A DNA stretch of 64,000 nt from Lama guanicoe. Taxonomy: Eukaryota. The position numbers were made by a program, and so were the translations under genes. Shown here piece after piece: positions 38,898-51,722 of this stretch. The stretch is taken from assembly GCA_013239625.1 (NCBI GenBank), contig MU053520.1:780530-844529 (forward strand), written 5' to 3'. Numbering within the stretch: position 1 is the stretch's first letter; each line of letters opens with the position of its first letter. Under the pieces are notes generated by a model. That model ran no database searches, was not told the DNA's origin, and saw only the letters and a program-made list of their open reading frames with translations.

Positions 38898-39539
38898 AAA
38901 AGAGCTTCTAGGCTGAGGCTTTAAATTAAGCACAGATTTGAAAGAGTCCTGATCTGGAAGAATGGTCTGGATATCAAATAGATTCCTAACATTGAGGTGT
39001 GCCTCAAAGTTTCTTTTTCAGCATCACACAAGTGTTAAACCTGACACAGATCAAGGTGGGTGGCAAGGATACGCCAGCCTTTCATGATCAGCTGCCAATC
39101 AACTGCCAGCAAGCACTCCCTTTTTCCCAGATTGCTCTTTTGGAGTGTGTACTAATCCTAAAGAGATTCCTATCCACGTGGTACAATCTTGTGAAGTGAC
39201 CCTGGGCAGTTTCTCAACTTTTCCAACTCAGTGGGAAAATTCAATACTAATGTTCAGACTTCTTATTCAAATGGTGGGTATATCAGAAAGATATATTCTT
39301 TCTCTGATTCCTGTCCTTTTGTTTTTGTTTTTTCCTAAACTATCAAACAAAACAATTGTTTAGCCCAGAAGAAAATAATTCAAAGAAACATAAGCTTTTT
39401 GGTATGTGGAAGAGATTTATTAAACACATACTATGAGCTAGCACCAAGAACCTAAAGGTGATCCCAGTATCTGAGGTGCTTTGTTGGAGAAACAAAAAGT
39501 ACGCTCTTGTATGTAGAAGGCTTTATGGACACTCAAAAT

Positions 39540-39725
39540 TATATAATCTCATCTATTCCTCACATCAAAACTATGAGATAAATAGCATTATTCTCATTCT
39601 GAAAATTAAAAAAAAATTAGGCTTACAGAAATTAAGTAAATTTCAAGATCTTATAGAAAGTTTATGACAAAGATGAGATTTTGTCTCAGATCTGACCTCC
39701 TCAAATCTCATACTCTAAGTCATTA
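39540..39725 (-). mobile_element. MIR fragment
   Basis: tattcctcacatcaaaactatgagataaatagcattattctcattctg...aaattaggcttacagaaattaagtaa. Confidence 0.6.
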
Positions 39726-39963
39726 GGCTAAACAACATTTATTCAAGGAAAAAAAAACTAAGTAAATAAGGTGTCCTACCTCTGATGAATCTGGTGCTTC
39801 ACTTTAATGTAGGAAGCTAAGCTGTCCGCCTTTGACATCATGTGACTTGCAGGAGAAACTCTGAGGTGGTAGTTGAGCCATTTACCAGGTTATCTAGAGT
39901 TAGGTCTTGCCTAGGTAGTATTTATATTTGGTTGAACTGCTACTAATTCTTAAAATACACACA

Positions 39964-39984
39964 GACACACACACACACACACAC
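39964..39984 (+). repeat. (CA)n microsatellite
   Basis: Directly visible. Confidence 0.9.
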
Positions 39985-40509
39985 GACAGACCCATCCACA
40001 TCTGTGAACAAAAAGATCAAGTTCAAACAAATTTCAAGGAGCGTTATTCACCTTTTCCATATCCATGGCACTTTTCCTTCTTTCTTAACATAAAGAACTC
40101 TAAATTCAACTTACCAGTAAGTTTTAGAGCCAGGTTAAAAATCTTTCTCTTAAAATTCATCAAGTTCTTCACAGATAATTAAGTTATTACACTATCTATT
40201 GATCAAAGTGAAAATGCATATCCCCTTAGATACAGTGAGTTCTCCTCTAGGAATTCATTTTACAAAAAAAAAAATGTATATATTTAAAGATATATAGAGG
40301 GATGTTCATTAAGCATTGTTTAAATGACAACAGACAAAAAACTCAATGTAGAGATTCACCAGTAGGGAGTGGTTGAAATGATTCTTTAATTTAATGAATA
40401 TTTCTCATGCATCACTATGTACCAAGCAAACAAATATTTTACCTGGAATTATAATTGAATTATAAAGATTGTGGAGAAATATGCTATAATGTTAAAGAAC
40501 ATTCATATT

Positions 40510-40750
40510 TTATATTCCTGACACTGTGAAAGGCATTTCACATAATTTACATGCATTATCTCACACTTCACATAAACTGCTAACAAATAAGTGGGTATTA
40601 TTTCTACTTATCTATGAAAATCTGAGGAACCAAAGAGTTAGATGACTTGTATAAGAAAGAAGTATAAACATGTTGCAGCAGAAAAAAAAAACCCACAAAG
40701 CTAGAATTTGAACCCCTTTCTTTATGATGCCAAAGTCTCTTTGGCTTTTC
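40510..40750 (-). mobile_element. MIR fragment
   Basis: tttacatgcattatctc...tatgaaaatctgaggaaccaaagagttagatgacttg...agctagaatttgaaccc. Confidence 0.65.
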
Positions 40751-42580
40751 ACTCTGCCGTGTGCCTTCTGTTAACCAGTTATACTCAACCATCATAAGGA
40801 CAAATAAGGTGACTTTGCTGTTTCCGAACTCGAGCAAACTGACAGGGCAGGGACATTAAGGCATGAAGGCAGAGAACAGTAAAATAAAAAAAGGTGATCC
40901 ACCAACAGGAAAATCAATGCACATTAATTTTGCACATTTTGCATAATCTTTAATGGCCACTTTAAATCACAGTCTCCTCAGGACATTAGGAATATAAAGC
41001 ACATTCAACTTCAGCGTTCTTTAATGAGCTTGTAGCTCATACCGGTACTGCATTCCACTGTGATTTGTTCCCATTTTCATTAAATCTTGGGCCTTAAAAT
41101 TCTTTTTATCTCTTCCTTCTTTAGATTCCCCCATAAAATATGTTGAGGAATCACATCTTCCCTTGAGGCCGTTTTTTTCCAGGTACTGTGTATTTCAAAG
41201 TGATGGCTCAGAGGTGGAATACAGATGAAGTGGAGGAAGATGCATCGAGAGAGAGGCTGCAACTGTGGTTAAAGTATAAAGCAGAGAGAGGTTTGAAGAG
41301 GAAACAGGCTCTTGGCTTAAAGTATCTTCTCTTCATATGAGTGAGGGTTGGTACTTTTCAGCAGAGTTGTATTTTCATGAAACTCTGTAGTGTTTATTCA
41401 CAGGTCTTGAAAGCTTGGAAAGTAAGGACTCGGCTAGAAAGTTTGAAAACTGATTGAAATCCAGACTTCTCTAGAAACATGGCTTTTTCTAAATGGAGGA
41501 TACATTTAAGATTTGGTTACTTATTTAGTTTAGGTTTACCCACTATTCTGGCTCTGGAGGGAATGGTACATCAATCACTTGGGTGATTAAGGCCGTATAA
41601 AAACTTTGAATAGAACAGTGCCTGGTTCACCACGGAAGCAAGAGAAAATGCAGAATAATCAAATGCCAATGCTTAAAAGTAGTATTAAGACAGGAATATG
41701 TCTTCTAAATCTTACCACTGCAGATTCTCATTTCTTGCAAAAAAAGCTACCCAAAGAAAGATCTGCGATTCCTTGAGGTGTAAGTGAACATTTAAATAAA
41801 TACAACTAAAATGAATAAAATTCCTGTCTTCATTACGGCTTAAGCTGCTGAAAGGCAAGGATCAAGTCCCCTTTTTCAGTATCATCCAGCTTACCTTGAG
41901 CCCTTCAACAATGCTCTTCCTGAATGAACCCATTTTTTGTGATATAACGCCTACAACAGGAAAGAAAAGGTTTATTAATTTATATGATGACTTAGAGACA
42001 TGATTCAAGAGCTTAAATTCAAAGTACTCAGGTTTTGCTGGCTATCAGTTACTAAGTAATCTGTGATTTCTGAAAAGTAATTTACAATGCAGTGTTGTGA
42101 CCACACAAGAGAGTACTTTAAACAGTATAGGCTGAGAGTTAATGTTTTGTTATGAATAGCCTAACATGTACTTAAATCACTTAGCTGGCCCTTTGCTGCT
42201 TGATTATTTATATTTTCTCTACCCAGAGTATGGATAACATTGCAATTATTGTATAACAGTTTGAACCAGAGCAATAGGGTGTGCCATTTATCAAGCATTA
42301 TTCTGGTCCCAAAAGAAATACATGTTTCTGCACAAATGCACGGCACAGAATTTACTTGTTAGTAAGAAGGCTGGTTTATAGTTAATATATCGGATTTAAT
42401 CTGATTTTCAGATCAAAAGGGGTAATGGAGCTTTAATTGCTCTTTTTCCAAGTTAAGCTTTAGAATGAGGTCATTCATCCCCAAAAACATATCAAATGGT
42501 GCATAATGCTGGCTGACAGTTCATTCACTTTACTGAGTATAATTATCCACTCTGTCCCTATCCTTTGCAAGACAGGCCAC

Positions 42581-42880
42581 TGTTTTAGGATGAATTATCC
42601 CAGATGCAGACCTTGAGCCAAGGATTTGAGTGCTAGTGATTTATAAAATGAATGCTTCCAGAAGGGTAAGGATTGTAAGGGGGAGAAGCAGCAGGATATA
42701 AGAGGGGAAAAGGCCAAGAAAGGTGCAATTTCAGAGGAAGTTTCTGCCTCAGCTTGATCCTGTAAGGAGCTGTGTCTCAGAATTTGTGCCCCTCAAGGCA
42801 AGGGAACACCACTAGGCAGTTTTTGGCTCCCAGCTGCAGTGTTGGGATGTGGGTGGGAGACTGAGTCTATGAGGGGGGGC
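42581..42880 (-). mobile_element. ERVL LTR (LTR16/LTR33-like)
   Basis: tcccagatgcagaccttgagccaaggatttgagtgc...gcctcagcttgatcctg. Confidence 0.55.
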
Positions 42881-42924
42881 AACTTGACTTGGCAGAGGAA
42901 GCCTCTTTCATAGTTTACTGTCTG

Positions 42925-43450
42925 CCTGCTTGAGTCAAGGATCATTTGGACACAAGTAATAGATAACATCTCAAGCCTGTTTAAGTAAAAATTTTACAAA
43001 ACGGATACCTGACTATGTCATGGAACACTAGACAGGCATTAAATAGCCTGGTCATACTAGGGGCTGAACGTGGAAATTAAAAAGCCAAAAGAAGCCAAAG
43101 CAAACTTTCATCTTCTGTCTTTCCCCAGCATTTCTGTCACTTTCTAAAAAAAACCCTCTTGCTGGTCATCAGCTATTTGGACCTTTGAACAATGAGTTCC
43201 CTTCCAATGTCTTCATGAACTGTCATTTCCCAGAAAATGTTTACTGACTGGAAACTTCTGGGTATCTTAGTTCAAGGTCTTGAGGGAATCTGATGGGGTC
43301 AGGCAGCAATCTCTGTTTCCATGAACTTTATACATGAGCTAGTATAACAGAACATGACTCGAAGAACTCACCCGTCCCCCTGAGGCTTGCATGTGGCAGC
43401 TCTCAGAGAATCATTGAGGGCTGGGCAGGTACCCCCGCAAGATGTGTCGA
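42925..43450 (-). mobile_element. Old MaLR LTR (MLT1K-like)
   Basis: gagtcaaggatcatttgg...caagtaatagataacatctcaagcctgtttaagtaaaa...gggaatctgatgg...gggctgggcag. Confidence 0.4.
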
Positions 43451-43714
43451 CCGTTCTGTCTAACATATAGTTCTCCCACATTTGGAACAGTGTGTAGGAG
43501 GTGTCAATTAAATGATTTGCTTTTAAATGTATTTATTTTATAGGCTTGGAAGGAAAATAAAGCAGATTACGAGGTCTATTTAGAGATATTTTCACCAACC
43601 CCTATTACACATAATATGAATAAAATGTGGAAATACAGAAATGCATTAGCTAGCATTCTTAATAGTAGCCTTAATAGTAAAATTATCCTTAAATAACTGA
43701 GATTTATACATAGT

Positions 43715-44215
43715 TAGTAACACTGTAAATTGGTATAATCTCTTAGAAAGTAATTTGATAATAAGCATAAGAGCTATAAAAATGTTCATGTCCACTGACC
43801 CAGTAATTTCACTGAAGAGAAGCTATCCACAGAGTTCAAAATATGAGGAAAAAGCTTTATGCACCATATGTTTATTGCAGAAGTGTTTACAGAGAAAAAG
43901 AGAAAATAATCTGAATGTGTTTCAAAAAAGGAAATAAATAAATTACTGAAATTTTTTGGTTCATTTAAATTCTGGCTATGAAGAGCATGAAACATCATAG
44001 AAAAACATTTATGTACTCATAAGTGAAGTAGCAGAATGCAATACCAGAAGGGCACTCAGACAAGAAGGAGGGTAAAAATGCACAGGGGAAAAAAAATCAC
44101 CCCAAGGCATTAATCATGGTTGACTCAAAGTAACAAAATAATATGTTTTTCCTCTATTTCCTGAATTGCTTCCAATGTGTTTATATTATTTCTGTAAGAT
44201 GAAAAATAGCTTAAA
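43715..44215 (+). mobile_element. Old L1 (L1ME-like) 3' fragment
   Basis: tgtaaattggtataatctcttagaaagtaatttg...tgacccagtaatttcact...atgtttattgcag. Confidence 0.55.
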
Positions 44216-45479
44216 AATTGCTAAAGCACTATCACCACCTTCTACATCAGATATAGTTAGTATTAACTGGACACTTATTTCTTAGCACTCTTCAGTGGGT
44301 GACCAGCTCTCTTGAAACCTCTTACTTTTTGAAAGGATTTTATGAGTTAAAGACTATATCTCTAAGTCCTTGGAAACTACTGAGAGGAAAACAGAAAAGC
44401 CAACTTAAGTAATTACTGTGGAGAACCTTTAGAAGGGCTTGGAGAAGTGGCTGTTTAAAAAAGAGAATGTTTACTGGAAGTGGAGGGAACCTATAAATCC
44501 TCAGGTGTATCTGAAACTGTCAAGTATAAAGCATAAACATGATGGAGGGGTCTACGGCATTCAGTGTATGTCTTATAAACCATCCAGCAAAGCTACACAA
44601 GGGAGATTCATTAGCAAATGTTCAAGTGATCATGAGCAGTGTAGATTTTCTTCTTCAAGTGACTGTTAGCCTGATTTTCTTGCCAGTTTATGGGAGGCTG
44701 GAGCATTATAAAACCATACAAAAGTAAAACAAAAAAAATTACATCTCTTACGCTCAGAATTAGTAAATGGTGGTTTCCTTATTGAAACTGTTTTGGGAAC
44801 ACAGTGCTATGCCTCTCTAGCATGAAAGGAGAATTAAATTATTATGACATCATCATGGGTTGCAGGTTGTAATGCAATGATATTTCCAAATTAAGTTCTG
44901 CAGAGATTCTCACTTGATGACAACAATTGGGGTTGAATATATATCTGTCTTAAGTTGCATGCATGTCCTCTTTAACAGCCAGTATATTCCTAGAAACATC
45001 TCATGGAAAAGATGACTATTTTTATCAGCATTTCCAAACTTAACTGCTCATGGTGCCTCCCTCGCTGCCATGTAACAACTGTTGTCATTGAGTAAAAGTA
45101 GTGTCGGGTTAAATATAATTTGGCAAATGCTGTGTGATGTTGGCAGATTTTGTAGACTACTAGACCTAGGGTCAAATCCGATTTCTACCACACACTGGCT
45201 GCAGGAATCTAAGGGAACAACTTGAGCTGTCTTATTGGATCCAAGATCTTTAAATGGTTTTGGCCCACGTAACATGTAGTCAGAAACATGCAAGAATCTA
45301 TGAGGGACCAAAAAAATCTCTTATGGCTGACAATTTCTGAGATTTTTTTCACTCACTCGCTCCTGTAGAAGATACTAGTTTTTATCTTAGTTCTTGGTCC
45401 TCTTGGTCCAGACCTAAACATTTTTGTCTTTATTACCGACTTTGATACACATTTCCAGGTCTGTTTAGTGACCACAAAT

Positions 45480-45730
45480 TCTGGGCACAGGGCTGCATCA
45501 GATTACCACAGGATGTTCACACAGCTGCACCACTGAACAACAGTGCAGCAGCTAGAACCAGCAAAACCACCTCCCTCCCTCCGGCGGTTACCTCTAGAGC
45601 CCCCTACTGAGAAAATTTAACATCCTGCTCACCGTGGAACAGGAAAACTACAGGAATCCAAACTAACATCACAAAGCTGGTAGTGAACAGCAAATCTTGA
45701 TCTGGGAAGTGATAATTTAACAAATGGCAC
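45480..45730 (-). mobile_element. Old LTR fragment (LTR78-like)
   Basis: ccccctactgagaaaatttaacatc...atcacaaagc...gataatttaacaaatggcaca. Confidence 0.4.
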
Positions 45731-46205
45731 AGTAATGGTATCTTATTTTGGTTTTAATTTGCTTTTCTCTAGTGACTAATGATGTCAAACAACCTTTCTT
45801 TTGTCATCTGTATATCTTTTTTAGTGAAGTGTCTGTTCAAATTTTCTGTGCCCTCCATTTTTAATTGATTTGTTCTCTTATTTAGTAGTAAGAATTCCTT
45901 ATACTTTCTTTATGTATTCTTTTATTGAATATATATTTTGCAAATACTTTGCCCCTGTCTGTGGTCTGCTGTTTCATTTTCTTAACTGTAACTTTTGAAA
46001 AACATTTTAAAAAAATTTGGTGAATTTTATCTATTTTTTTCTTTGTAACAGTTTACGAATAAGAAACTCTTTGCCAAACCCAAAGTCACTGTTACTTTTT
46101 TATGTTGTCTTCCAGAAACTTCACAGTTTTAACACTGATATGAAAGTCTATGATCCATTTCAAGTTAATTTTTGTATATGGTGTGAGGTAAGGTCAAGGT
46201 TTATA
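45731..46205 (-). mobile_element. Old L1 ORF2 fragment
   Basis: ggttttaatttgcttttctctagtgactaatgatgt...gtgaagtgtctgttcaa...aatttttgtatatggtgtgaggtaaggtcaagg. Confidence 0.8.
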
Positions 46206-48882
46206 GTTTGCATAAAAAGCAGTGTGGACAATCCCATGATGAAAGTGGAAGCAGATCCCCTGATTATAGCTGCACAGAAACTAATCTATTCAGTTTGGAG
46301 CAAAGGTGTACGAGACTCCAGGAGTGCTATCTCCAAGAGGAAAATAAAGTAATAGAACATCTAATGTATCTGATTATGTTGAGGTAAGTGTTACATTTTT
46401 GTTAAAGAATTTAAGAGAATTATTACTGATAGGTCCATAGAAAACTAAGCAACAACACAAGTAATTATTAACTCCAGGAAAAACAAAAAGATTTACAGGA
46501 AGAACTATACAATCTTAGTACACTCTGTGGCACCATTGTGTATAATATCTTCCGGGGGAAATACTGATTAAGCCACAAACTGGCATAGAACTATACTGGG
46601 GAAATGGAGGAACAGAAATGCCTGTATGCCAAGAGTGGGTATGTTTGCATGTGAATGCAGAATTCTTTCTTCTGTGGAAGCCTGGAAAGAGATACTGTCT
46701 GTAACTGAGAAAAACAACCAAGGAATGACAATATGAATTTACTGTCTGGAAAATACAGACAGAAAAAGCCAAAACAACAGTTAAAAGAAGAAAGTGACTG
46801 TTAGGGAATGAATAGAAATGGGGCTTAGAAGGGGTGGAGCAGCAAAGTGTAATTTTTAATGTATATCTGAACTTTTAAGCCCATCTATGGATATATTTAA
46901 CACAGGAAAAAAATTCAAAGAAAACTTACAAGGAAATACAAATAATGTGTATAAAGCAACTTCTCATCTATCAGAAACTTTCAAAAAATTTCCTAACCAG
47001 TACTTGGTAATAAAGGAGATTCTTTACATGTTTTTCTATAAATGGAAGAAAAATATGTAAATAAAATGTAAATAAAATACAAACAAAATAATAACCTACT
47101 AATAACAAAATTGATTGACAAATAAAAGATTTAGTTTGTTAAACCCAGGTTTAACATCCTGACTTAATGTGGACTCTGTATGAGACCATGGTAAGATTCC
47201 AAGATTTAGTCTTTGGGCTCATTCACAGTAAACTTCAATAATTTGTAGCGCTCAGAAGATCACTGGACTATCAATTATTATCTCACTATAACTTAGTGAA
47301 AATATTGGTAAATCAAGAAATCTAACATAGAAAATATGTGTATTTTTAAATTTTTACTAGTGACAAGAAACATTTTACTACTATAATTTTCAGATGTACC
47401 CTTATCTAGAAATATATAATGGTAAGTTCTGGTAAAATTAGAATCATTTAGCCCTAATTTCAAAGAAAACATTGTACTTCATAGAAGACTACATATATGT
47501 GAACAAAGATTTAGTTTTTAAAAAATGTTGATCTCTTTAAAATAGTTAGAATATTTGAATTTACACTTGAAAAGCTAGATATTCTCACTGAAATGTATAA
47601 CATCAAAGTACCAAACAGATTAAAGGGTACAGATTCCTTCTGTCGTCATTTAAGCTGTTGAACCTCAGTAACCAAGGGATTCTTAGGAAAAAAACAAATA
47701 TCAGCTTTTTCACATGTGCAAATCATTTCTGAAACTACGATAATGCTGATGCTAAAATCTGTTTATATAGTTTTGAATTTTAAATTATTGAAATGTTTCT
47801 ATTAAAAAGCATGAAATTAATATTTTTGTAATTTTTAAAGCTTCTAGTATCTCACTTCTAATATCTTTCTGGAAAAGAGGTAATATTATTAAAATGGTTG
47901 AAAAGCTGGGTATTGAAAATTGAATTAGTCACTCTGCTCCAAGGAATCGATAAATGCTTAGAGCAGAAAATCAAGCAAGACGGGACACATTCTGAAGCAC
48001 TACAAAGCCAGTCCTGATGGAGAAGTGAAATATCATGGAGAACCCAGACTTGTTCTCACATCCGGGCCATCTAGTCAGTCACTAATGATAGGCATCCAGT
48101 ACTCCTTACCCTAAAAATCCACTGAGAAAATGACTGGGATATTTTCCAGTCTACCTCTATGTTCTAGTGGCTAGTGACTAATTGATTGAGCTATTCTGAT
48201 TGGTTACATCAGTTTTAATGCAGAACTGGACATTGGTACCAACCAATTTATATGCAGTCGGCCACATACTACAGGAAAGCCATTTATCGGTAGTCTTTGC
48301 ACCACGCTCTTGGGTGTAGTCCGTTTTGGTGAAGGTAGGAAGTTTACAGTTTACTAAGCGTGGTGACCTATGGGCAAAGAAGGAAGAAAGCAATATGGCG
48401 GCCATGATGGATTTTCCAAAGAGGAGCAGTTAGTCAGTAGGCATCTTGCTTGCCCTGCCCAGTAACAAAATTCTACACCCTTCAAAATTTAGTTCAAATG
48501 CAAATGCTGCTTAAGATCTTTTCTTGATCTTTATTCAGAGTCAATGATGCAGCTGTGTATGTGCCTATTCCATTTTTCATAGCTCCGTTTATCACTAACT
48601 TCAGTGTTGTTTATTATAGTTTATTATCTACGTTGTGAATAATGTAGTAAGATGATCCAAAGCAAAGATCTGTAGAGATTTTGGGAGTTTCTCCCAGGCC
48701 TTCACCAAATTATCTCGATTTGCTTCCTGGTTACCTTTCTCTCTCCTCTTTTCTCAATATCCACTGTGAATATGTTGATCCAAGCTACCATCATATCTTG
48801 TTTCAATGTCTCCTAACATGTTATTTAACTCTAAAATCCATTATGTCACCTATAAAGGAAAAAGCTATCTTCTTCCTTCCTA

Positions 48883-49295
48883 TGTAAGGAAAAACCGAAT
48901 TCTTCCCTGCAGTGTGTGTCCCTTCTTACTCATGTAAAAAACACTCTTCACTTCTTGTCACCAAGTGTGTGGGTTTTCTTTCCCTGTACTAAGCAGTTCT
49001 CTGTGACACCAGTAAGAGTTCTAAAATTTAACTTAATCTAACACTGTTCACTTGGAGATAGTGTCAGATATCACAGATTAAGGGCTCAGTCTCACAAAAC
49101 TGTCCCCATGCTACTCCAGATGCCAATCACAAGGAGAAGGTCCCCAGGTTACTGACTGCTGTTCGATTTGTCTACAAATCATAGATTCCCATGATTCTCT
49201 CCTCAGGTTTGATTAATTTGCTAGAGGACCTCACATAACTTAGGGGAACTTATGTTTACCATTTATTCAAGGATGTGACAAAGGAGACTGGTGAG
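48883..49295 (-). mobile_element. ERVL LTR fragment (MER21-like)
   Basis: cacttcttgtcaccaagtgtgtgggtttt...ggagatagtgtcagatatcacagattaagggctcagtctcacaaaactg...aatttgctagag. Confidence 0.7.
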
Positions 49296-49339
49296 CACAA
49301 AGACAACTTGCTACCACACCCATAATCCTAATTCTGTGA

Positions 49340-49565
49340 GCACTTCCCTTCTAAGGCCATGACTCAGAAGTGGTACAAATCACTTTCATTAACACTCCCC
49401 TCCCTAGAATTTAGACCTAGTTACACAGCCATAGCTATATGGCTAAGAACAGGGGGAAATGTAGTCTTTCCCTGGGCAGCCATATGCCAAGATAAAAGTT
49501 ATATTATTACAGAAAAAAGAAAAAGAAGAATTAATATTGAGGGGACAAACAGCAGTCTTCTACAC
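49340..49565 (-). mobile_element. MaLR (MLT1J/K-like) fragment
   Basis: cagaagtggtacaaatcacttt...tagttacacagcca...gggaaatgtagtcttt. Confidence 0.5.
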
Positions 49566-50019
49566 ATCTGAATTCTAAGGATTTAAATAAATAATTTCCC
49601 ATGGGAATGTGAAAGAAAAAAAAAGATTGAAGTGAGGAGTTTAAGAAGCAAGATAATACAAAAATGTTATTTAAAAATTTTTAAATACTAATATACCATT
49701 TTTTTTGCCAATAAAAAACCAAGAAAATGAAACAAATGATTCCCATCATGCTGGTGAATGGACTCTAAGGCATCTGGTCTCCAATCTTAGTCACTGCTGT
49801 GACACCCAAAATCCAGAAGTGGTGATGAATGTGCACGGCACATAGTTACCTAATGGTATGAATGAAGCTAAAGGTCAGGCTGCCTGCCTATTTGTGCTTG
49901 CCACTTTGCCTTTACAAAATATTCAGGAACATTATCTTCTCCCTCTCACCTCCAAAATTAGAAGTACAATTATGAATGTGGTAAATACTGTGGCTGTGCA
50001 TTTGTCTTCATCTTTATCA

Positions 50020-50600
50020 TCATCATCACCATCATACAATGAACGAGTACCTAGTTTGGGCCAGACTGTGTTCCAGGAACTATGAAGATCACAAGAACCA
50101 AAAAGAAACCCAAATCTTTGACTATGTGGAGCTTACTTTCTCAAGAGGAGAGACAAACAGTGGCTGCAATAAGAAATGTGTTACAAATGTGTAATAAACA
50201 GCATAAAAATCAAATAAAGCAGAGCAAAGGGATAGAGACGTCTCAGGAAGGAGGCTGCAGTCTTAGAAGTGGTCTTGGAAGGCCTCATTGAGAAGAGGAC
50301 ATGGGAGATAAGAGAGCATGGCTGGTGGATGTTCAGGGGAAGAGTGGTCCAGGAGAGAATCAGCAAATGCAGGTGTTCTGGCCCTGTTGAGGGACAGTGA
50401 GGAGGCTGGTGGGGCCACAGTAGTGGGTGAAGGACGACTGGGAGGGATGAGTTCAGAGGGAAGGGGGAGCAGGTGGCCAGATTGTAACTGGTCTCAGAGG
50501 CACTGTCAGGACTCTGGGTTTTCCTCTACTTGAGATGAGGCACCAGCACCCCTAGAAGTTTTTGAGAAAAGGAGTCACATGATCTGATTTTCATTTCCAC
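50020..50600 (-). mobile_element. L2 3' portion
   Basis: gagtacctagtttgggccagactgtg...ggagcttactttc...ggaaggcctcattgagaag...aggactctgggttttcctct...catgatctgattt. Confidence 0.75.
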
Positions 50601-50619
50601 AGATTAATAATACAAAAAT

Positions 50620-50845
50620 CAACTCGATGTACTGAGTACTCTGTTCTTGGCACTGTAATAAGTTCTTGATGGACACTGCTTCACTTAATACCTGCAACAC
50701 TGCAAAATATCTTTTACCATCCCCATTTTTACAGAGGAAGAAACTGAGTTTCACAAAAGGCTGAACAAATTTCCCTACCAAGAAATGGCAGTCCCATCAG
50801 CTGACTTCAGGTATATCTGGCTGCAAAATCTTCACTATTATTCAC
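50620..50845 (-). mobile_element. MIR SINE
   Basis: atccccatttttacagaggaagaaactgag is the reverse complement of the MIR core. Confidence 0.75.
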
Positions 50846-51414
50846 ATTGCTTTATTTCTATCACTACAATGATAGCTCACTCGAAAGGTTTATGTGTTCT
50901 CATCTCGCCATAAAATTGTCTCCCGTTGTACTCCATCCACTGATACCATAAATAGATGTGATAAAGAGGTATTCTGCTGTGTCATTATGAAGAGTAGTGT
51001 TACTCACGATGGCAGTTATTGCTCATTAGCATTTGATGAAGCAAGCTCTGTGGCACCGCACTCCTAATCTAAACAGCACATCATAAACGACAAGCCCCTG
51101 CAGTTGGAGTAGAACTTCTGAAGGTGTTTCCCTTTTGATCCCAGTAGTGAGGCATTTAAATGTATAACTCATTTGCATAGTTATATGAGTGTCTCTCACG
51201 TCTCTTCCCTCGGTTTCTTCCAGATCTCCTCTCTTTCTTGAAGACTTTCCTCCACAGAAGTCACCTTTCCTGATCTGTGTCCCTCCCTCTTCCCAGGGCC
51301 CCTACATGAGTGTCAGGTACCGCACGCAGTTCCCACTTCCAGGAAGGAAATGCGTCGGTGGAGATTCGCCACTCTTCTTGCCATCACCTCTCTCCCAGCT
51401 GCAGGTCAACCACT

Positions 51415-51580
51415 GATTTGTGTGGGCCCAGAACAAGAGTACAAATGGAAACTTCCTACCTGATGTCTATTTAATAATTACAAATCAAGCTAACAAACTA
51501 TTAAATAAAATATGTCCTATAGGCTTACATTGATAACAGTAAGAACTTATCTATCTTTAGTTCTTTATAAATTATTTTCT
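51415..51580 (+). mobile_element. hAT-like DNA transposon fragment
   Basis: gggcccagaacaagagtacaaatgg...aaatcaagctaacaaactattaaataaaatatg resembles a hAT-Tip100-family MER. Confidence 0.4.
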
Positions 51581-51581
51581 A

Positions 51582-51691
51582 GGAGGTGGATATAGTTCAA
51601 TGGTAGAGCAAATGCTTAGCATGCACAAGGTCCTGTGTTCAATCCCCAGTGCCTCTATTAGAAAAAAAAAAAAAAGAAGAAAAGAAAAAAA
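51582..51691 (+). mobile_element. tRNA-Ala-derived SINE (Vic-1 type), copy A
   Basis: tatagttcaatggtagagcaaatgcttagcatgcacaaggtcctgtgttcaatccccagtgcctc followed by an A-tail; tRNA-Ala(AGC) anticodon arm ttagcat retained. Confidence 0.88.
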
Positions 51692-51722
51692 GATCAGAAG
51701 ATGCCTCCTTAAAAAAAAAAAA

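Noticed and set aside
41125..41182. Plus-strand exon after a strong polypyrimidine acceptor
   Set aside because: The donor cag|gtactg is weak, and I found no partner exons or coding signal.
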